A DNA stretch of 42,945 nt from Myxococcota bacterium (GCA_023150835.1 JAKLKB010000049.1:1-42945); one strand, 5' to 3'; positions 1 to 10,563 are shown, counted from the stretch's first letter. Made by a program: numbers and translations. The notes: a model not told the origin generated them from the letters alone.

Positions 1-140
1 CCCTCCCCCGTGAACAGGGGAGGGAGCGAAAGTCGGAAGCAGCGGGGATTTTGTTTTTTCATGACGCACGCTGTTTGCACGAGACGCAGACGCTGCCCGT
101 TCCAACTTCCCCCCGTTCACGGGGGGATTGAGGGGGGGGG
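1..140. repeat. REP-like inverted repeat (cccccgtgaac ... gttcacggggg) with G-rich tail, probably truncated by the window edge
   Basis: cccccgtgaac at 5-15 is complementary to gttcacggggg at 115-125; followed by attgagggggggg. Confidence 0.45.
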
Positions 141-301
141 AGAGAGAAAAAAAAGGCGATCAAGACCGACGCTACGAGGTTTCCACCTTAACAAGGCGCG
201 TATGGGGCAGCGCCCCACAAAAAGAACACAACACAAATCAAATCAACACAACCCCACACAACCCCACAAGGATATCACCCCCAAGACGTTGAGGATAAAA
301 C

Positions 302-1729
302 ATGACAGATTTTTTTCTTGAGTTAAGCAAAACGCCGCAGTTGCGCGAGTTAATTAAGACGTTGGGTCTTCCGTTGCCGATGCCTGAGCCGTTGTCTCGG
401 TTGAAGGGACCTTGGCAAGCGCAGCCCTTGCAGGATCAGCGGATCGCGGTGGCAGGGGACAACAAAAGTCTTTATACGGCGATGATCGCGGAAACATTGG
501 CGTTGGCGGGGGCCAATCCTTACCTGATGGAGGATTCTTTGCAGATGGCCTTCCGCGTGGCGGGAGAAGCTTACGGGCGTCCTGCGCGGATGTTAGAGAG
601 CTTGGATACCGAAAAAAACCTTCATGCGATCGTGTTGGATGCTTCGGGCTTGGAAGAGATCGATGCGCTCGAAACCTTGCACGCGGTATTTCAGCCGTTG
701 GTCGGTCGTTTGCGACGAAGCGGTCGCGTGGTGGTGATCGGCCAAGCGCTGCACGATCTCGGAGAAAGTGAACTCGTGGCAACCCAAGCAGCACTCGAAG
801 GTTTCACACGCAGCCTTGCCAAAGAGATCGGTCGCAAGGGCGCGACAGCGAATCTATTGCGAATTGCCGAAGGGGCGGGGGTTCGTGCAGCACCTGTGTT
901 GCGTTTCCTGCTGTCGGCGCAATCGGCCTTCGTCACAGCTCAACCGATCGAAGTGGATATCCACACCCAAGACACGGCATCGCCGATCGCTTGGGAGCAT
1001 GTGTTGGACCGCAAGATCGCCTTGGTCACAGGTGCTGCGCGAGGCATCGGCAAAGAAACAGCCCTGCATCTCGCTCAAGAAGGCGCACACGTGGTCTGTT
1101 TGGATCGCCCCGAAGAAGAAGGGCCGCTCAGCCACTTGGCACGAGAGATCGGCGGAACTCCCCTGCCCATCGATCTGATCGCGACACATGCCCCCGAAAC
1201 CATTGCAGACACGCTGCGCAAAAAAGGCGGCGTTGATATCGTCGTTCACAACGCAGGCATCACACGCGACAAGACGATATCGCGGATGAAAGCCGAGTTA
1301 TGGAAGATGGTGTTGGATGTTAATCTTGCAGCAGTAGTGCGACTGCATCGTCACCTGCGCGAAGACGTCTTGCGTGACGGGGGTCGTGTGATCTGCCTGT
1401 CTTCGATCGCAGGGATCGCAGGAAACATCGGACAAACTGCCTATGCAGCGTCCAAAGCGGGTATCATCGGTTTTGTCGAACGCGAAGCCGATCACCTCGC
1501 CCACCGAGGAATCACCGTAAACGCCGTTGCGCCCGGGTTTATCGAAACGCGCCTGACGGCTGCGATCCCCTTGATGATCCGCGAAGCAGGCCGACGCCTG
1601 AGCGCCCTCGGTCAAGGCGGACTCCCCGAGGATATCGCCCAAACCATCACGTTCCTCGCAAGTGTCGGAGCGCAGGGCATCACAGGCCGCACTCTTCGCG
1701 TTTGTGGTGGCGCTTTGATCGGCGCTTGA
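302..1729 (+). CDS. fabG: High-molecular-weight 3-oxoacyl-ACP/CoA reductase (FabG4-like SDR)
   Basis: C-terminal SDR with TGAARGIG, HNAGITRD, YAASK and NAVAPGFIET motifs; degenerate N-terminal SDR-like domain; RBS gagga upstream. Confidence 0.9.
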   Translation: MTDFFLELSKTPQLRELIKTLGLPLPMPEPLSRLKGPWQAQPLQDQRIAVAGDNKSLYTAMIAETLALAGANPYLMEDSLQMAFRVAGEAYGRPARMLESLDTEKNLHAIVLDASGLEEIDALETLHAVFQPLVGRLRRSGRVVVIGQALHDLGESELVATQAALEGFTRSLAKEIGRKGATANLLRIAEGAGVRAAPVLRFLLSAQSAFVTAQPIEVDIHTQDTASPIAWEHVLDRKIALVTGAARGIGKETALHLAQEGAHVVCLDRPEEEGPLSHLAREIGGTPLPIDLIATHAPETIADTLRKKGGVDIVVHNAGITRDKTISRMKAELWKMVLDVNLAAVVRLHRHLREDVLRDGGRVICLSSIAGIAGNIGQTAYAASKAGIIGFVEREADHLAHRGITVNAVAPGFIETRLTAAIPLMIREAGRRLSALGQGGLPEDIAQTITFLASVGAQGITGRTLRVCGGALIGA

Positions 1730-1788
1730 TTCGCTCGCAAGCAACCTATTCGCTTGTTTTTTGGCTTATGGGCAGTAGGACTTGCTGG

Positions 1789-1904
1789 ATACCAAGAGAT
1801 GTGTGCTCGAAACGTCAGAACGATTTGCTGTAGACGCCCTGTGGTTGGGCAGCCACGGGGGGCTGCCCCTACATATTGGCGCACACGACGGGCGGATTTC
1901 GTAT
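1789..1904. repeat. Family A REP/MITE-like repeat copy (left end degenerate)
   Basis: gggcagccacggggggctgccc-ctaca hairpin and terminal gggcggatttcgtat shared with copies at 11741, 14412, 19979-20393 and 38917. Confidence 0.75.
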
Positions 1905-1908
1905 AAGT

Positions 1909-2004
1909 GCCTGTCCACCGAGCAGAACTGCAAGCGCCTGTCCACCGAGCAGAACTGTAAGCGCCTGCCCACCGAGCAGGACTGTCAACACCTACCCACC
2001 GAAA
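1909..2004 (+). repeat. 27-bp tandem repeat, about 3.5 copies, immediately upstream of the thiolase RBS
   Basis: gcctgtccaccgagcagaactgcaagc units start at 1909, 1936 and 1963, with a degenerate copy at 1990. Confidence 0.9.
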
Positions 2005-2016
2005 GGATAGAAGAAG

Positions 2017-3318
2017 ATGTCTGAAAGCAAACCCAAAGCCCGACGGGCAGTAATCGTCGCCGGCCAACGAACCCCTTTTGCAAAGGCTTTTTCGACGTTG
2101 CTCAAGCTCGACACCATCGCGCTGAGCGTCAAAGCCGTGGAATCTCTGCTGAAAAAGACAGGAATCGGTCATCAAGTCGTTGACGCGATCTACTGGGGAA
2201 GCGTGATCTTGCCGAGTGCAGCACCCAACGTCGCTCGCGAGATCGCTTTGGATCTGCGGATCAATCCAAGCAGCGATGCTTTTACAGTCAGCCGCGCTTG
2301 CACATCGGGCCTTCAAGCGATCACGCTTGCTGCGGCAGCGATCGAACGCGGCGAGGCCGATATCATCATCGCAGGCGGTAGCGACTCCACCAGCAACGCC
2401 GAAGTGACGCTGCCCCCCAAAGTCGTCCATGCCCTCGCTCCGATCGCCCTTGGAAAACCAAAGGCCAGCGATTACCTCGGTGTCCTCGCCCAATTGATGC
2501 CCTTCCACGATATCTTTCCCAAGATGCCAAAGATCGCAGAACGCACAACAGGCGAAAAGATGGGCGAATCTGCAGAAAAGATGGCGCAGCGTTGGGAGAT
2601 CTCCCGCGAAGATCAAGACGCCTTTGCCGTGCGCTCGCATCAACGCGCTGCTGCGGCCATCGCCTCAGGCCGTTTCGATGAAGAAGTCGTACCTGTGGAA
2701 ACCCCCGATGGTTCGTGGCTTCACACCGATGCACTGGTCCGAGCCGAAACCAGTCTCGAAAAACTTTCGCGGCTTCGCCCTGTGTTTGCCAAAAATGGAA
2801 CGCTTACGGCAGCCAACTCTACACCGCTCACAGACGGAGCAGCCGCTGTGTTGTTGATGAGCGAAGAAAAAGCCCGTGAGATGGGACTCAAACCTTTGGC
2901 CGCATTTCGTTCGTGGTCTTATGTGGGCGTCGATCCTCGCGACCAACTCTTGATCGGCCCCGCGCTTGCCATGCCCCAAGCCCTCCAACGCGCAGGGCTT
3001 TCCATCGCAGATATCGATGTGGTCGATATCCACGAAGCCTTTGCCGCGCAAGTCCTCTGTGTCCTCAAAGCCCTCGAAAGCGAACACTTCTGCCGCCTCC
3101 GCCTCGGTCTTGAACAACCCATCGGCCCGATCGAACCCGAAAAACTCAACGTACACGGTGGATCCGTCGCCATCGGCCATCCCTTCGGCGCAACAGGCGC
3201 ACGCATGATCACCACGATGGCCCACGAACTCGCCTACACCGGCAAACGCACCGCACTCCTTGGCATCTGTGCCGCCGGTGGCCTCGCTGCTGCCGCCGTA
3301 TTGGAACGCGTCGAGTAA
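2017..3318 (+). CDS. fadI: Acetyl-CoA C-acyltransferase (3-ketoacyl-CoA thiolase), FadI-type
   Basis: RTPFAKA, SRACTSG (catalytic Cys), HEAFAAQ, GHPFGATG, and the CAAGG C-terminal motif typical of FadI. Confidence 0.88.
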   Translation: MSESKPKARRAVIVAGQRTPFAKAFSTLLKLDTIALSVKAVESLLKKTGIGHQVVDAIYWGSVILPSAAPNVAREIALDLRINPSSDAFTVSRACTSGLQAITLAAAAIERGEADIIIAGGSDSTSNAEVTLPPKVVHALAPIALGKPKASDYLGVLAQLMPFHDIFPKMPKIAERTTGEKMGESAEKMAQRWEISREDQDAFAVRSHQRAAAAIASGRFDEEVVPVETPDGSWLHTDALVRAETSLEKLSRLRPVFAKNGTLTAANSTPLTDGAAAVLLMSEEKAREMGLKPLAAFRSWSYVGVDPRDQLLIGPALAMPQALQRAGLSIADIDVVDIHEAFAAQVLCVLKALESEHFCRLRLGLEQPIGPIEPEKLNVHGGSVAIGHPFGATGARMITTMAHELAYTGKRTALLGICAAGGLAAAAVLERVE

Positions 3319-3509
3319 CCTCTTCGCTCGAACACGGGGGGTTTTTGCCCACAAAGCAAGTTCCATACGATCGAGAGGCGCAACAGACCGCATCTTTCGC
3401 AGAAGATGTGTCAAAAAATAGCTCTGAACAAAAGAGGAGATTTAGTATACGGGCGCACGGCAAACTATCTGCCGCCTAGATCCAAACGGATTGTCAAGGA
3501 GCGCCCGTC

Positions 3510-6500
3510 ATGGAAGAGATGCAGTCCTACGAACAGCTTTCAAAGACCCCCACGCAAGCCAACCGTATGCGCGAGATCTTTGGGCTGATCGCGCTAACAT
3601 TTGGCGCATTATTGTTTCTGAGCTTACTCACCTACCACCCCGAAGATCCGTGTTGGAATCTCGCAGGACACGGCGTCACACGCAACGCCGCTGGCCCTGT
3701 CGGCGCTTACGTTTCGGATATCTTTTTGCAGATGTTTGGTATCGGCGCGTATTTTATCGTTTTTTTGGCCTTTTTGTGTGCCTTGATGATGATCTTGCAG
3801 CGGCGAATCGCCTTTCGCTGGATCTCACTGGTGGGTTACGCTTGCATCGGCCTGTTGATATCGTCGTTTTTTCATCTGTGGTGGGGACATTGGGGTCCAC
3901 ATGGCTACTCGACGGGCGGCGCAGCAGGACAATGGCTTGCGACGTTGTTGGTCAGCCAGACGGGACGAGGCGGAAGCTACTTGCTTTTGACCATGATGCT
4001 CGCTCTTTCGGTCGTATGGACAACGCAGTTCTCGTTTGTGGAGACGGGTTCGCGGATCGCCGAACGGATGTCTCCGCATACAAGGCGATGGGCGCTTGGT
4101 TTTCACGAAAGGTTTTTGGATTGGCGTGACGCTTGGTATCGTTGGCGCTCTGCCAAACACGCCAACCAACGAAGAGAACGTAAGCCCGTATTTGCCGCAG
4201 CAGGTGGCGATCTGCCTGCATTGGAACTCGACCACTCTTGGCTAGATGCCGACCCTTCTTGGGCCACAAGCGATCTTGCCGCTCGTGACCGCGAAAAAGT
4301 CCTCCCCGAACTCACCCCCCCCGCTGGTGTAGACGCCTATCGCGCCGAGATATCCGCCGTCAAGATCAGTCATCCTGACTGGTCCTCTCAGGCTGCGGGT
4401 TCACCTGCCCTCGATCAAGAAAGCCCCACCAACGAAGGCACTCTCCGCCGCTTTGCCTCCACAAGCGAAAGCCCCGAAGCCACCGAGCATATCCCTCATA
4501 TCGCTATCTCGCAGCTTTCTCGTGGAAAAAGTCTTCCACAACTTAACCTCGGAACACTCGCACTGTCTGTTCCCTCCGAACGTATGGACGCCATCCTGCG
4601 CGGCTTACAAGACCACACCAATGCAGACGATCCGCCCTACGCTCTCCCTCACAACGCCCACCAAGACCACAACGCTCACCATGACTACAACTTCTATCAC
4701 GACCACCACGCCGACCGCGTCGATCGACGCACACAACCTCCCCCAAGCCACGACAAGCGGATCACCTCTCTCGAAGATCTCATCCCCATCTCTCACGCCG
4801 ACATCGAAAGCGAAGCTGATCTATCCGATGAATCCGACGAGATCCACACTCTTGATGTCGACGACCCCCGCCACCAACAAGCCCTCGCTTGGTCAAACCT
4901 CGAACCATCCCTCCCTACCAACACCTTGATCGAACAAGCCCACCCCACATCCAACGAGCAAACCTGCACCGACTGGCCCCATCGACCACTCCACGAAGAC
5001 GACCCAGAAACCACACTTCTCCACGAACCCACCCATCCGCACCCCACTTGGAACGGCACGATCCCCACGCTTGAACAACCCACAACGAACTTTTCTCTCT
5101 CTGCCCCCCAAGCGACACAACACACCATCCAAGCGACACAACACACCATCCAAGCCCCACAACCCATCGATCCTTTCGGCCTGCTGGAAGCTCAAATAAT
5201 CCTCCCTGCCGCTGCGAACGAAGCACAGCGGCCCTTCGGTACTTTGGAATCCCACCACCTCCCCTCCATCGAAAACGCCGCTCCGCTCGAAATACCCACC
5301 GCGATATCTCCCATCAGACCGATGACGATCGATCCAAGACATCAAGCCTTTTATGCCCACTCTCAAGCCTACAGCGCGGTTCCCGCCCCTCAAGCTGCGA
5401 TGACCGCTGACTTGTCTCTCGCTCCTCAATTCGAGAGTGCTGCGAATTTTTCCCGCATCCCTCAAGCGGCGATGACCGCTGACTTTTCCCCGACTTTCGA
5501 TAGAACGAGCGTACTTACTCCCTCCGTCCCCCCTCAAACCGAGACGACAGATAACGTTTCTTCTGCCGCTCTCACAGAGAGTACTTCTGACTTTTCTCCT
5601 ACGCCTCAAGCTGAACGTACCGCTGATTTTTCTCCTGCCGCTCTCACAGAGAGTACTTCTGACTTTTCTCCTGCGCCTCAAGCTGAGCGTACCGCAGACT
5701 TGACTCCTCACTCGTTTGCTTCTTCGTCTTCTTTTGCGGATGCTCCGACGCCCTCCAAACCACCCGCCTCACAAACAGCCGAATTTTCGGCCAAAGAAGT
5801 GCTTTCCCCAGACTTGGCCCAAACCAGCCAGACACCCTCCAGCCGACCCTTTGTGTTGCAACGTCAGAAACACCCGTCGCTTTCGCCGATCACGAACACC
5901 CAGACACCCTCCAGCCAACCCTCTGCGTTGCCTCCATCCACCATCCCAATCGCCCGCTCCACCGAGTCCTTGGTGAAGAAACCCACCCCATCCTTATTTG
6001 AAGAAGACGAGGATGAGATCGAAGACAGCCAAGAAGCTTATCTTTCGGAGGATTCCGAAGACATGGAAAACAGCCTCGATCTCCACCACGCAGAGAACGC
6101 AGAAAGCGTAGAAGAGAATCAAGAGGTCGATCTTTCCGATGGCTTCGATGACATGGAAGATAGCCTCGAAACGGACATCCCGAAGCGCCCTGAGTCGATC
6201 GGGCTCGCGCCCTCCTCCGCCCCGAAGGACGGACGTCCGATCGAGAATGCACCGAAACATCCTGAACCGAGGGTGATCACGCCTGTGCGTTCGGGCCTGA
6301 CGATTCTTCCCGCGCTGCGTGCAGACGCACCGTCATTTGACCCAAGTCACGGCAAATACAACATCGCCGAAGAGGCCGATGCTTCGGAGCATGATCGCGG
6401 TGCAGCCGAAGAGGCGAAAGTTTCGGCGCATACTCGTCCTGCTACACAAAGCCCCACGACTTCGATACACAACCGATTTGCGACCGAAGATGCCGAGGCT

Positions 6501-8564
6501 TCGGTGTATGATCGGGCTGCTGCGCAAGTCGCCGCTGCTGAAAAAGCCAACGCTCTCGAAAAAGCAGAGCAATTGTCGCTACAGCAGATGTTGCCTTCGT
6601 TGCCCAAAGCCCTCGACTATCCGATGGAAGAAGAAGCTCCGAAACTCCGAGGTGTTGCGCAAAGCGAACAAGCTATCGCTGCTGCCCCGATGCTCCGAGG
6701 GATCGCACAAAGTGAACAAGCCATCGCTGCTGTCCCAATGCTCCGAGGGATCGCACAAAGCGAACAAGCTATCGCTGCTGCCCCGATGCTCCGAGGGATC
6801 GCACAAAGTGAGCCGCCCATCGCTGCCGCCCAAGAGTCCGCCGCGATGCTCCGAGGCATGGCGCAAAACGAACAACCGCCCGGGATCGCCCAAGCCACCG
6901 CAGCGATGAATGGGCCGCTTGTTCAAGCCAAAGCGCGTGCGAAAAGCGGTGATGAGCTTCAACAGCAAACCAAACCTGCTTGGCGCTTGCATGGCTACCA
7001 ACATCCCTCGCTCGATCTGCTCGATTACGTCGAGCAAACGCCCGATGAAGATGACGATCTGCTGCCAGAGATCCTTGTCGAAAACGCCCGTGTACTGGAA
7101 AAAACCCTTGAGACTTTTGGGATCAAAGGCGAAGTGCAACAGATCCTGCCCGGACCTGTGATCACCATGTACGAATACCTCCCTGCCCCCGGGATCAAAG
7201 TCAGTCGCATCGCAAGCCTCGCCGACAACCTCGCGATGTCCCTCGCCGCCGTCCAAGTGCGCGTGCTTGCCCCCATCCCGGGCAAAAACTGCGTTGGCAT
7301 CGAGCTTCCCAATCGAAAACGTGAAGTCGTTTACATCAAAGAACTACTCGCAGACGAACGTTTCCAAAAGACCCAAGCCAAACTCCCCATGGCGATGGGC
7401 AAAGACACCACAGGAACCCCCTACATCGCAAACCTCGCCAAGATGCCTCACTTGTTGATCGCAGGAACCACGGGAAGCGGAAAAAGCGTCGGTGTCAACA
7501 GCATGATCGTCTCGTTGCTGTACCACGCTTCGCCCGAAGACGTGCGCTTTATCATGATCGACCCCAAGATGCTCGAACTCTCGATCTATGACGGGATCCC
7601 GCACTTGCTTTTGCCCGTCGTGACGGATGCGAAAAAAGCTGCAACCGCCCTTGCATGGGCCGTCAACGAGATGGAACGCCGTTACTCTCTGATGGCCGAG
7701 GCAGGTGTACGCAATATCAACAACTACAACGCACTCGTCGAGCAACGCAAAAAAGCCCGCGAATTTATCGAGCAACGCGAAGCAAGACTTGATGCCGCCC
7801 GTCGTGAAGCGTTGCGCGAGGACGATATCGCCGAAGAACCCGCCGAGATGGACTGGGAAAGCTCCACAGAGTACTCTCCTGATGAACTCTACCAAAGCAA
7901 CGCCCCCAAAAGTTATTACGAAAAAATGCCTTACATCGTCGTGATCATCGACGAACTGGCGGACTTGATGATGGTTGCGGCCAAAGAAGTGGAATTCAGC
8001 ATCGCACGCCTCGCACAGATGGCCCGTGCTGCGGGGATCCACTTGATGCTCGCCACACAACGCCCTTCCGTGGACGTTCTTACGGGCGTGATCAAAGCCA
8101 ACTTCCCAAGCCGCTGCGCTTTCCAACTCAAAAGCAAGATCGACTCTCGCACCATCCTTGATCAGCCCGGTGCCGAGCGGCTTCTCGGCCAAGGTGATAT
8201 GCTTCTTACTCCACCAAGCAGCAGCGCTCCCGTCCGTATCCACGGATGCTACGTCTCCGAAGAAGAAGTTCACCGCGTCGTCAACCATCTCAAAAAACAA
8301 GGAGACCCCGAATACAACGCCGAGATCCTCCCAAGCAGCGAAGGCCAAGAAGAAGGCGAAGAGTTCTCAGATGATATGTACGACAAAGCCATTGAGATCG
8401 TCGTAAAAACTCGCAATGCCTCGATATCCGCGCTCCAACGCAAGCTCCGCATCGGCTACAACCGCGCTGCCCGCATGATCGAACAAATGGCCCGTGAAGG
8501 CATCGTCGGCGAACAGATCGGCAGCAAACCCCGCGAGATCCTCGCTCCTGAAGGTGAATCTTGA
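3510..8564 (+). CDS. ftsK: DNA translocase FtsK with a very long low-complexity linker
   Basis: N-terminal 4TM domain (NAAGPVGAYVSD), motor with AGTTGSGKS, IDPKMLEL, IDELADLMM, ATQRPSVDV, and gamma domain SISALQRKLRIGYNRAARMIE; RBS aggag. Confidence 0.97.
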   Translation: MEEMQSYEQLSKTPTQANRMREIFGLIALTFGALLFLSLLTYHPEDPCWNLAGHGVTRNAAGPVGAYVSDIFLQMFGIGAYFIVFLAFLCALMMILQRRIAFRWISLVGYACIGLLISSFFHLWWGHWGPHGYSTGGAAGQWLATLLVSQTGRGGSYLLLTMMLALSVVWTTQFSFVETGSRIAERMSPHTRRWALGFHERFLDWRDAWYRWRSAKHANQRRERKPVFAAAGGDLPALELDHSWLDADPSWATSDLAARDREKVLPELTPPAGVDAYRAEISAVKISHPDWSSQAAGSPALDQESPTNEGTLRRFASTSESPEATEHIPHIAISQLSRGKSLPQLNLGTLALSVPSERMDAILRGLQDHTNADDPPYALPHNAHQDHNAHHDYNFYHDHHADRVDRRTQPPPSHDKRITSLEDLIPISHADIESEADLSDESDEIHTLDVDDPRHQQALAWSNLEPSLPTNTLIEQAHPTSNEQTCTDWPHRPLHEDDPETTLLHEPTHPHPTWNGTIPTLEQPTTNFSLSAPQATQHTIQATQHTIQAPQPIDPFGLLEAQIILPAAANEAQRPFGTLESHHLPSIENAAPLEIPTAISPIRPMTIDPRHQAFYAHSQAYSAVPAPQAAMTADLSLAPQFESAANFSRIPQAAMTADFSPTFDRTSVLTPSVPPQTETTDNVSSAALTESTSDFSPTPQAERTADFSPAALTESTSDFSPAPQAERTADLTPHSFASSSSFADAPTPSKPPASQTAEFSAKEVLSPDLAQTSQTPSSRPFVLQRQKHPSLSPITNTQTPSSQPSALPPSTIPIARSTESLVKKPTPSLFEEDEDEIEDSQEAYLSEDSEDMENSLDLHHAENAESVEENQEVDLSDGFDDMEDSLETDIPKRPESIGLAPSSAPKDGRPIENAPKHPEPRVITPVRSGLTILPALRADAPSFDPSHGKYNIAEEADASEHDRGAAEEAKVSAHTRPATQSPTTSIHNRFATEDAEASVYDRAAAQVAAAEKANALEKAEQLSLQQMLPSLPKALDYPMEEEAPKLRGVAQSEQAIAAAPMLRGIAQSEQAIAAVPMLRGIAQSEQAIAAAPMLRGIAQSEPPIAAAQESAAMLRGMAQNEQPPGIAQATAAMNGPLVQAKARAKSGDELQQQTKPAWRLHGYQHPSLDLLDYVEQTPDEDDDLLPEILVENARVLEKTLETFGIKGEVQQILPGPVITMYEYLPAPGIKVSRIASLADNLAMSLAAVQVRVLAPIPGKNCVGIELPNRKREVVYIKELLADERFQKTQAKLPMAMGKDTTGTPYIANLAKMPHLLIAGTTGSGKSVGVNSMIVSLLYHASPEDVRFIMIDPKMLELSIYDGIPHLLLPVVTDAKKAATALAWAVNEMERRYSLMAEAGVRNINNYNALVEQRKKAREFIEQREARLDAARREALREDDIAEEPAEMDWESSTEYSPDELYQSNAPKSYYEKMPYIVVIIDELADLMMVAAKEVEFSIARLAQMARAAGIHLMLATQRPSVDVLTGVIKANFPSRCAFQLKSKIDSRTILDQPGAERLLGQGDMLLTPPSSSAPVRIHGCYVSEEEVHRVVNHLKKQGDPEYNAEILPSSEGQEEGEEFSDDMYDKAIEIVVKTRNASISALQRKLRIGYNRAARMIEQMAREGIVGEQIGSKPREILAPEGES
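6636..6875 (+). repeat. 48-bp coding tandem repeat (APMLRGIAQSEQAIAA) in the FtsK linker, 4 copies plus a diverged fifth
   Basis: ctccgagg recurs at 6645, 6693, 6741, 6789 and 6849. Confidence 0.92.
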
Positions 8565-8775
8565 TTCGAGTGACGCAGTTGGAGAGATATTGTTGGCTCC
8601 CGCCTCGCCTCAGACCATCGCCCCTTCCATCCGTATTTGCCCTGCCTACTTGACCTCCTCCCGACACAACAAACCAGCCCTCATCCAAGACAAACCAAGC
8701 ACGACCGAGAAGGCATCTCCTCTTGCAAATCTCCGCTGTGCTAGATAGATATACAACGACAAAAGGAGGGTATCC

Positions 8776-10563
8776 ATGCAATGGAAGAAAGCCATCCATC
8801 TCTTGTACGTTCCAACCATGTTTTGCAATATGAGCTGCAAATACTGTTATCTTGGGGATTTGACCGAAGAGCGCGTCGATACCGAAAAAGTTAAAGAGAC
8901 GCTGCATCGGACCCTAGAGCAATTGTTAAGCAAAGGCTACCTGCCCTTCAATCTGTCTTTTCATGGCGGCGAAGTGACCACGTTGCCCACAGCAACGTTG
9001 GATGCGCTGTTTCGGATAGCAGCACAACATTACGCTACATACGAACAAGACATCCGCGCCATGGGATATCCCGTCCATCCGCTACACATCAAAACAAATC
9101 TACTCAATCTTGAGAAACACTATGATGTGCTCCAGCAACACGGCGTGTCGATCAGCGGCAGCGTCGACTTGCCACTCAGCTTACACGAGCGATTTCGGCG
9201 AGATAAACGCGACCAGAGCACCCTAGACCGTATCCGCAACAACCTCAAGCTGTTGGCGCGCTACCCTCACAACAAAAAGATATCTTGCGTCGTCACAGCA
9301 GCACACCTGCAACATCTCGACGAGTTCATCGCTGATTTGAAGATGTTGCATGACGATATCGGCCTCGATATGAGCCGATTTAACGTGATGTTCGGCTTTG
9401 ACTCCAAGCAAAACAACGACAAATTCGTCGAACGTACCGCAGGCACAGAGATGTTGTCCGACAGTCAACAACTGGCCTTCTACCGCAAAGTCAAAGCCGC
9501 CGTCGTAGGAACACCGCTGTACAACGCCTTTAAGATGGACTGGTTTAAGGAGTTCACACCAGAGTACTGCTGTTCTGCCCCCAACTGCGGCAACAAGTTC
9601 TTTTTGCTGCAAGCCAACGGCGATGTGTATTCGTGCCCTCGCGGGCAATCCTCACCGAATTACCGCTACGGCAATATTTATCAAGACGATATCGAAGCGA
9701 TTATTGCGCGAGGTTGGCAGGTGATCGAACGCAACGAAAACAGCTTAGAGATCGATGACAAGTGCCTACGTTGTGCGTACCTGCCTTATTGCAATGTGGG
9801 ATGCACCTTTGTCCGTCAAGAAGTCGGTCTCTCCAAGAGCTACACCTGCGCGCTACAGCTTGAGATATACCGCGACAACCCTGATCGCTATCGCCCCCTG
9901 CGCACCGAAGAGATCGAAGCATACAGCCGCCGCTTGCTTCTCCGAAACAATATCAAACGGCTCCAAACACCGCACCCCAAAAAGCAATCCTTTGTGACCA
10001 ACGAGTTGTTTCAAGAAGAAAATTCCCTCGCAAGCCTGATCCGCCGAGACGAAACGCTCCAACATCTCTACGCCGATGATCTGTTTTTTCTGCGGATCGG
10101 AGGTATCCAATACCCTCTGCGCTCAGCGATTTTGAAAAATGAGCGCGACATCGAGATCCTGACTCCCCGAAAAGAAGTCGTCTTGGGGATGCGAGAAGAT
10201 CTGTTTCACCTCGCTTGCGACGATGCTGTGACGAATTTCCTGATGTTGATGCTTTTGCGCGATACGACCGTGATCTACGGCGATGAGCAGCGGCGCAAAC
10301 AGGAACACGTCTTTGAACACACCATCTACTCCAACACAGTACTCGCTTCGGCGCAGCGCGAAGATCATTATGTGCTACTCGATATCGCCCCGATCCTCGG
10401 CCTCCATCGCCACGCTTATCTCGAAGGCGTGACGAACAATCTCTTTTTTACAACACGCACCTTGCGTGAATATCATTACGCAAAACACAAAAAGAATGCT
10501 TTTTACCACCTACAGGCCATCAACTTGCCTTTCCAGAATATCGAATTTGTTTGGCAACCCTAA
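8776..10563 (+). CDS. Radical SAM/SPASM-domain protein with an uncharacterised C-terminal extension
   Basis: CNMSCKYC (CxxxCxxC, 8824-8847), FHGGE, SPASM-like CCSAPNCG...GDVYSC and CLRCAYLPYCNVGC...YTC; strong RBS aggagg at 8764-8769. Confidence 0.93.
   Translation: MQWKKAIHLLYVPTMFCNMSCKYCYLGDLTEERVDTEKVKETLHRTLEQLLSKGYLPFNLSFHGGEVTTLPTATLDALFRIAAQHYATYEQDIRAMGYPVHPLHIKTNLLNLEKHYDVLQQHGVSISGSVDLPLSLHERFRRDKRDQSTLDRIRNNLKLLARYPHNKKISCVVTAAHLQHLDEFIADLKMLHDDIGLDMSRFNVMFGFDSKQNNDKFVERTAGTEMLSDSQQLAFYRKVKAAVVGTPLYNAFKMDWFKEFTPEYCCSAPNCGNKFFLLQANGDVYSCPRGQSSPNYRYGNIYQDDIEAIIARGWQVIERNENSLEIDDKCLRCAYLPYCNVGCTFVRQEVGLSKSYTCALQLEIYRDNPDRYRPLRTEEIEAYSRRLLLRNNIKRLQTPHPKKQSFVTNELFQEENSLASLIRRDETLQHLYADDLFFLRIGGIQYPLRSAILKNERDIEILTPRKEVVLGMREDLFHLACDDAVTNFLMLMLLRDTTVIYGDEQRRKQEHVFEHTIYSNTVLASAQREDHYVLLDIAPILGLHRHAYLEGVTNNLFFTTRTLREYHYAKHKKNAFYHLQAINLPFQNIEFVWQP

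Noticed and set aside
1909-2004. CRISPR array, or the 80-aa ORF 1782-2024 as a gene
   Set aside because: 27-bp head-to-tail repeats without unique spacers; the ORF is composed of repeat DNA and has a TTG start without a clear RBS
7344-8348. Long antisense or alternate-frame ORFs (also 1612-2643, 33899-34903, 39094-40248, 40833-42017)
   Set aside because: Shadows of well-supported genes, expected from codon bias; no motifs of their own
8723-8751. Sigma70 promoter for the rSAM operon (ttgcaa-17-tagata)
   Set aside because: Spacing is plausible but the -10 lacks the conserved final T; too weak to call
8776-10563. Anaerobic sulfatase maturase or ranthipeptide/sactipeptide maturase
   Set aside because: No sulfatase is adjacent, the neighbouring small protein has no Cys, and the enzyme has an extra ~200-aa domain; not excluded without an HMM search
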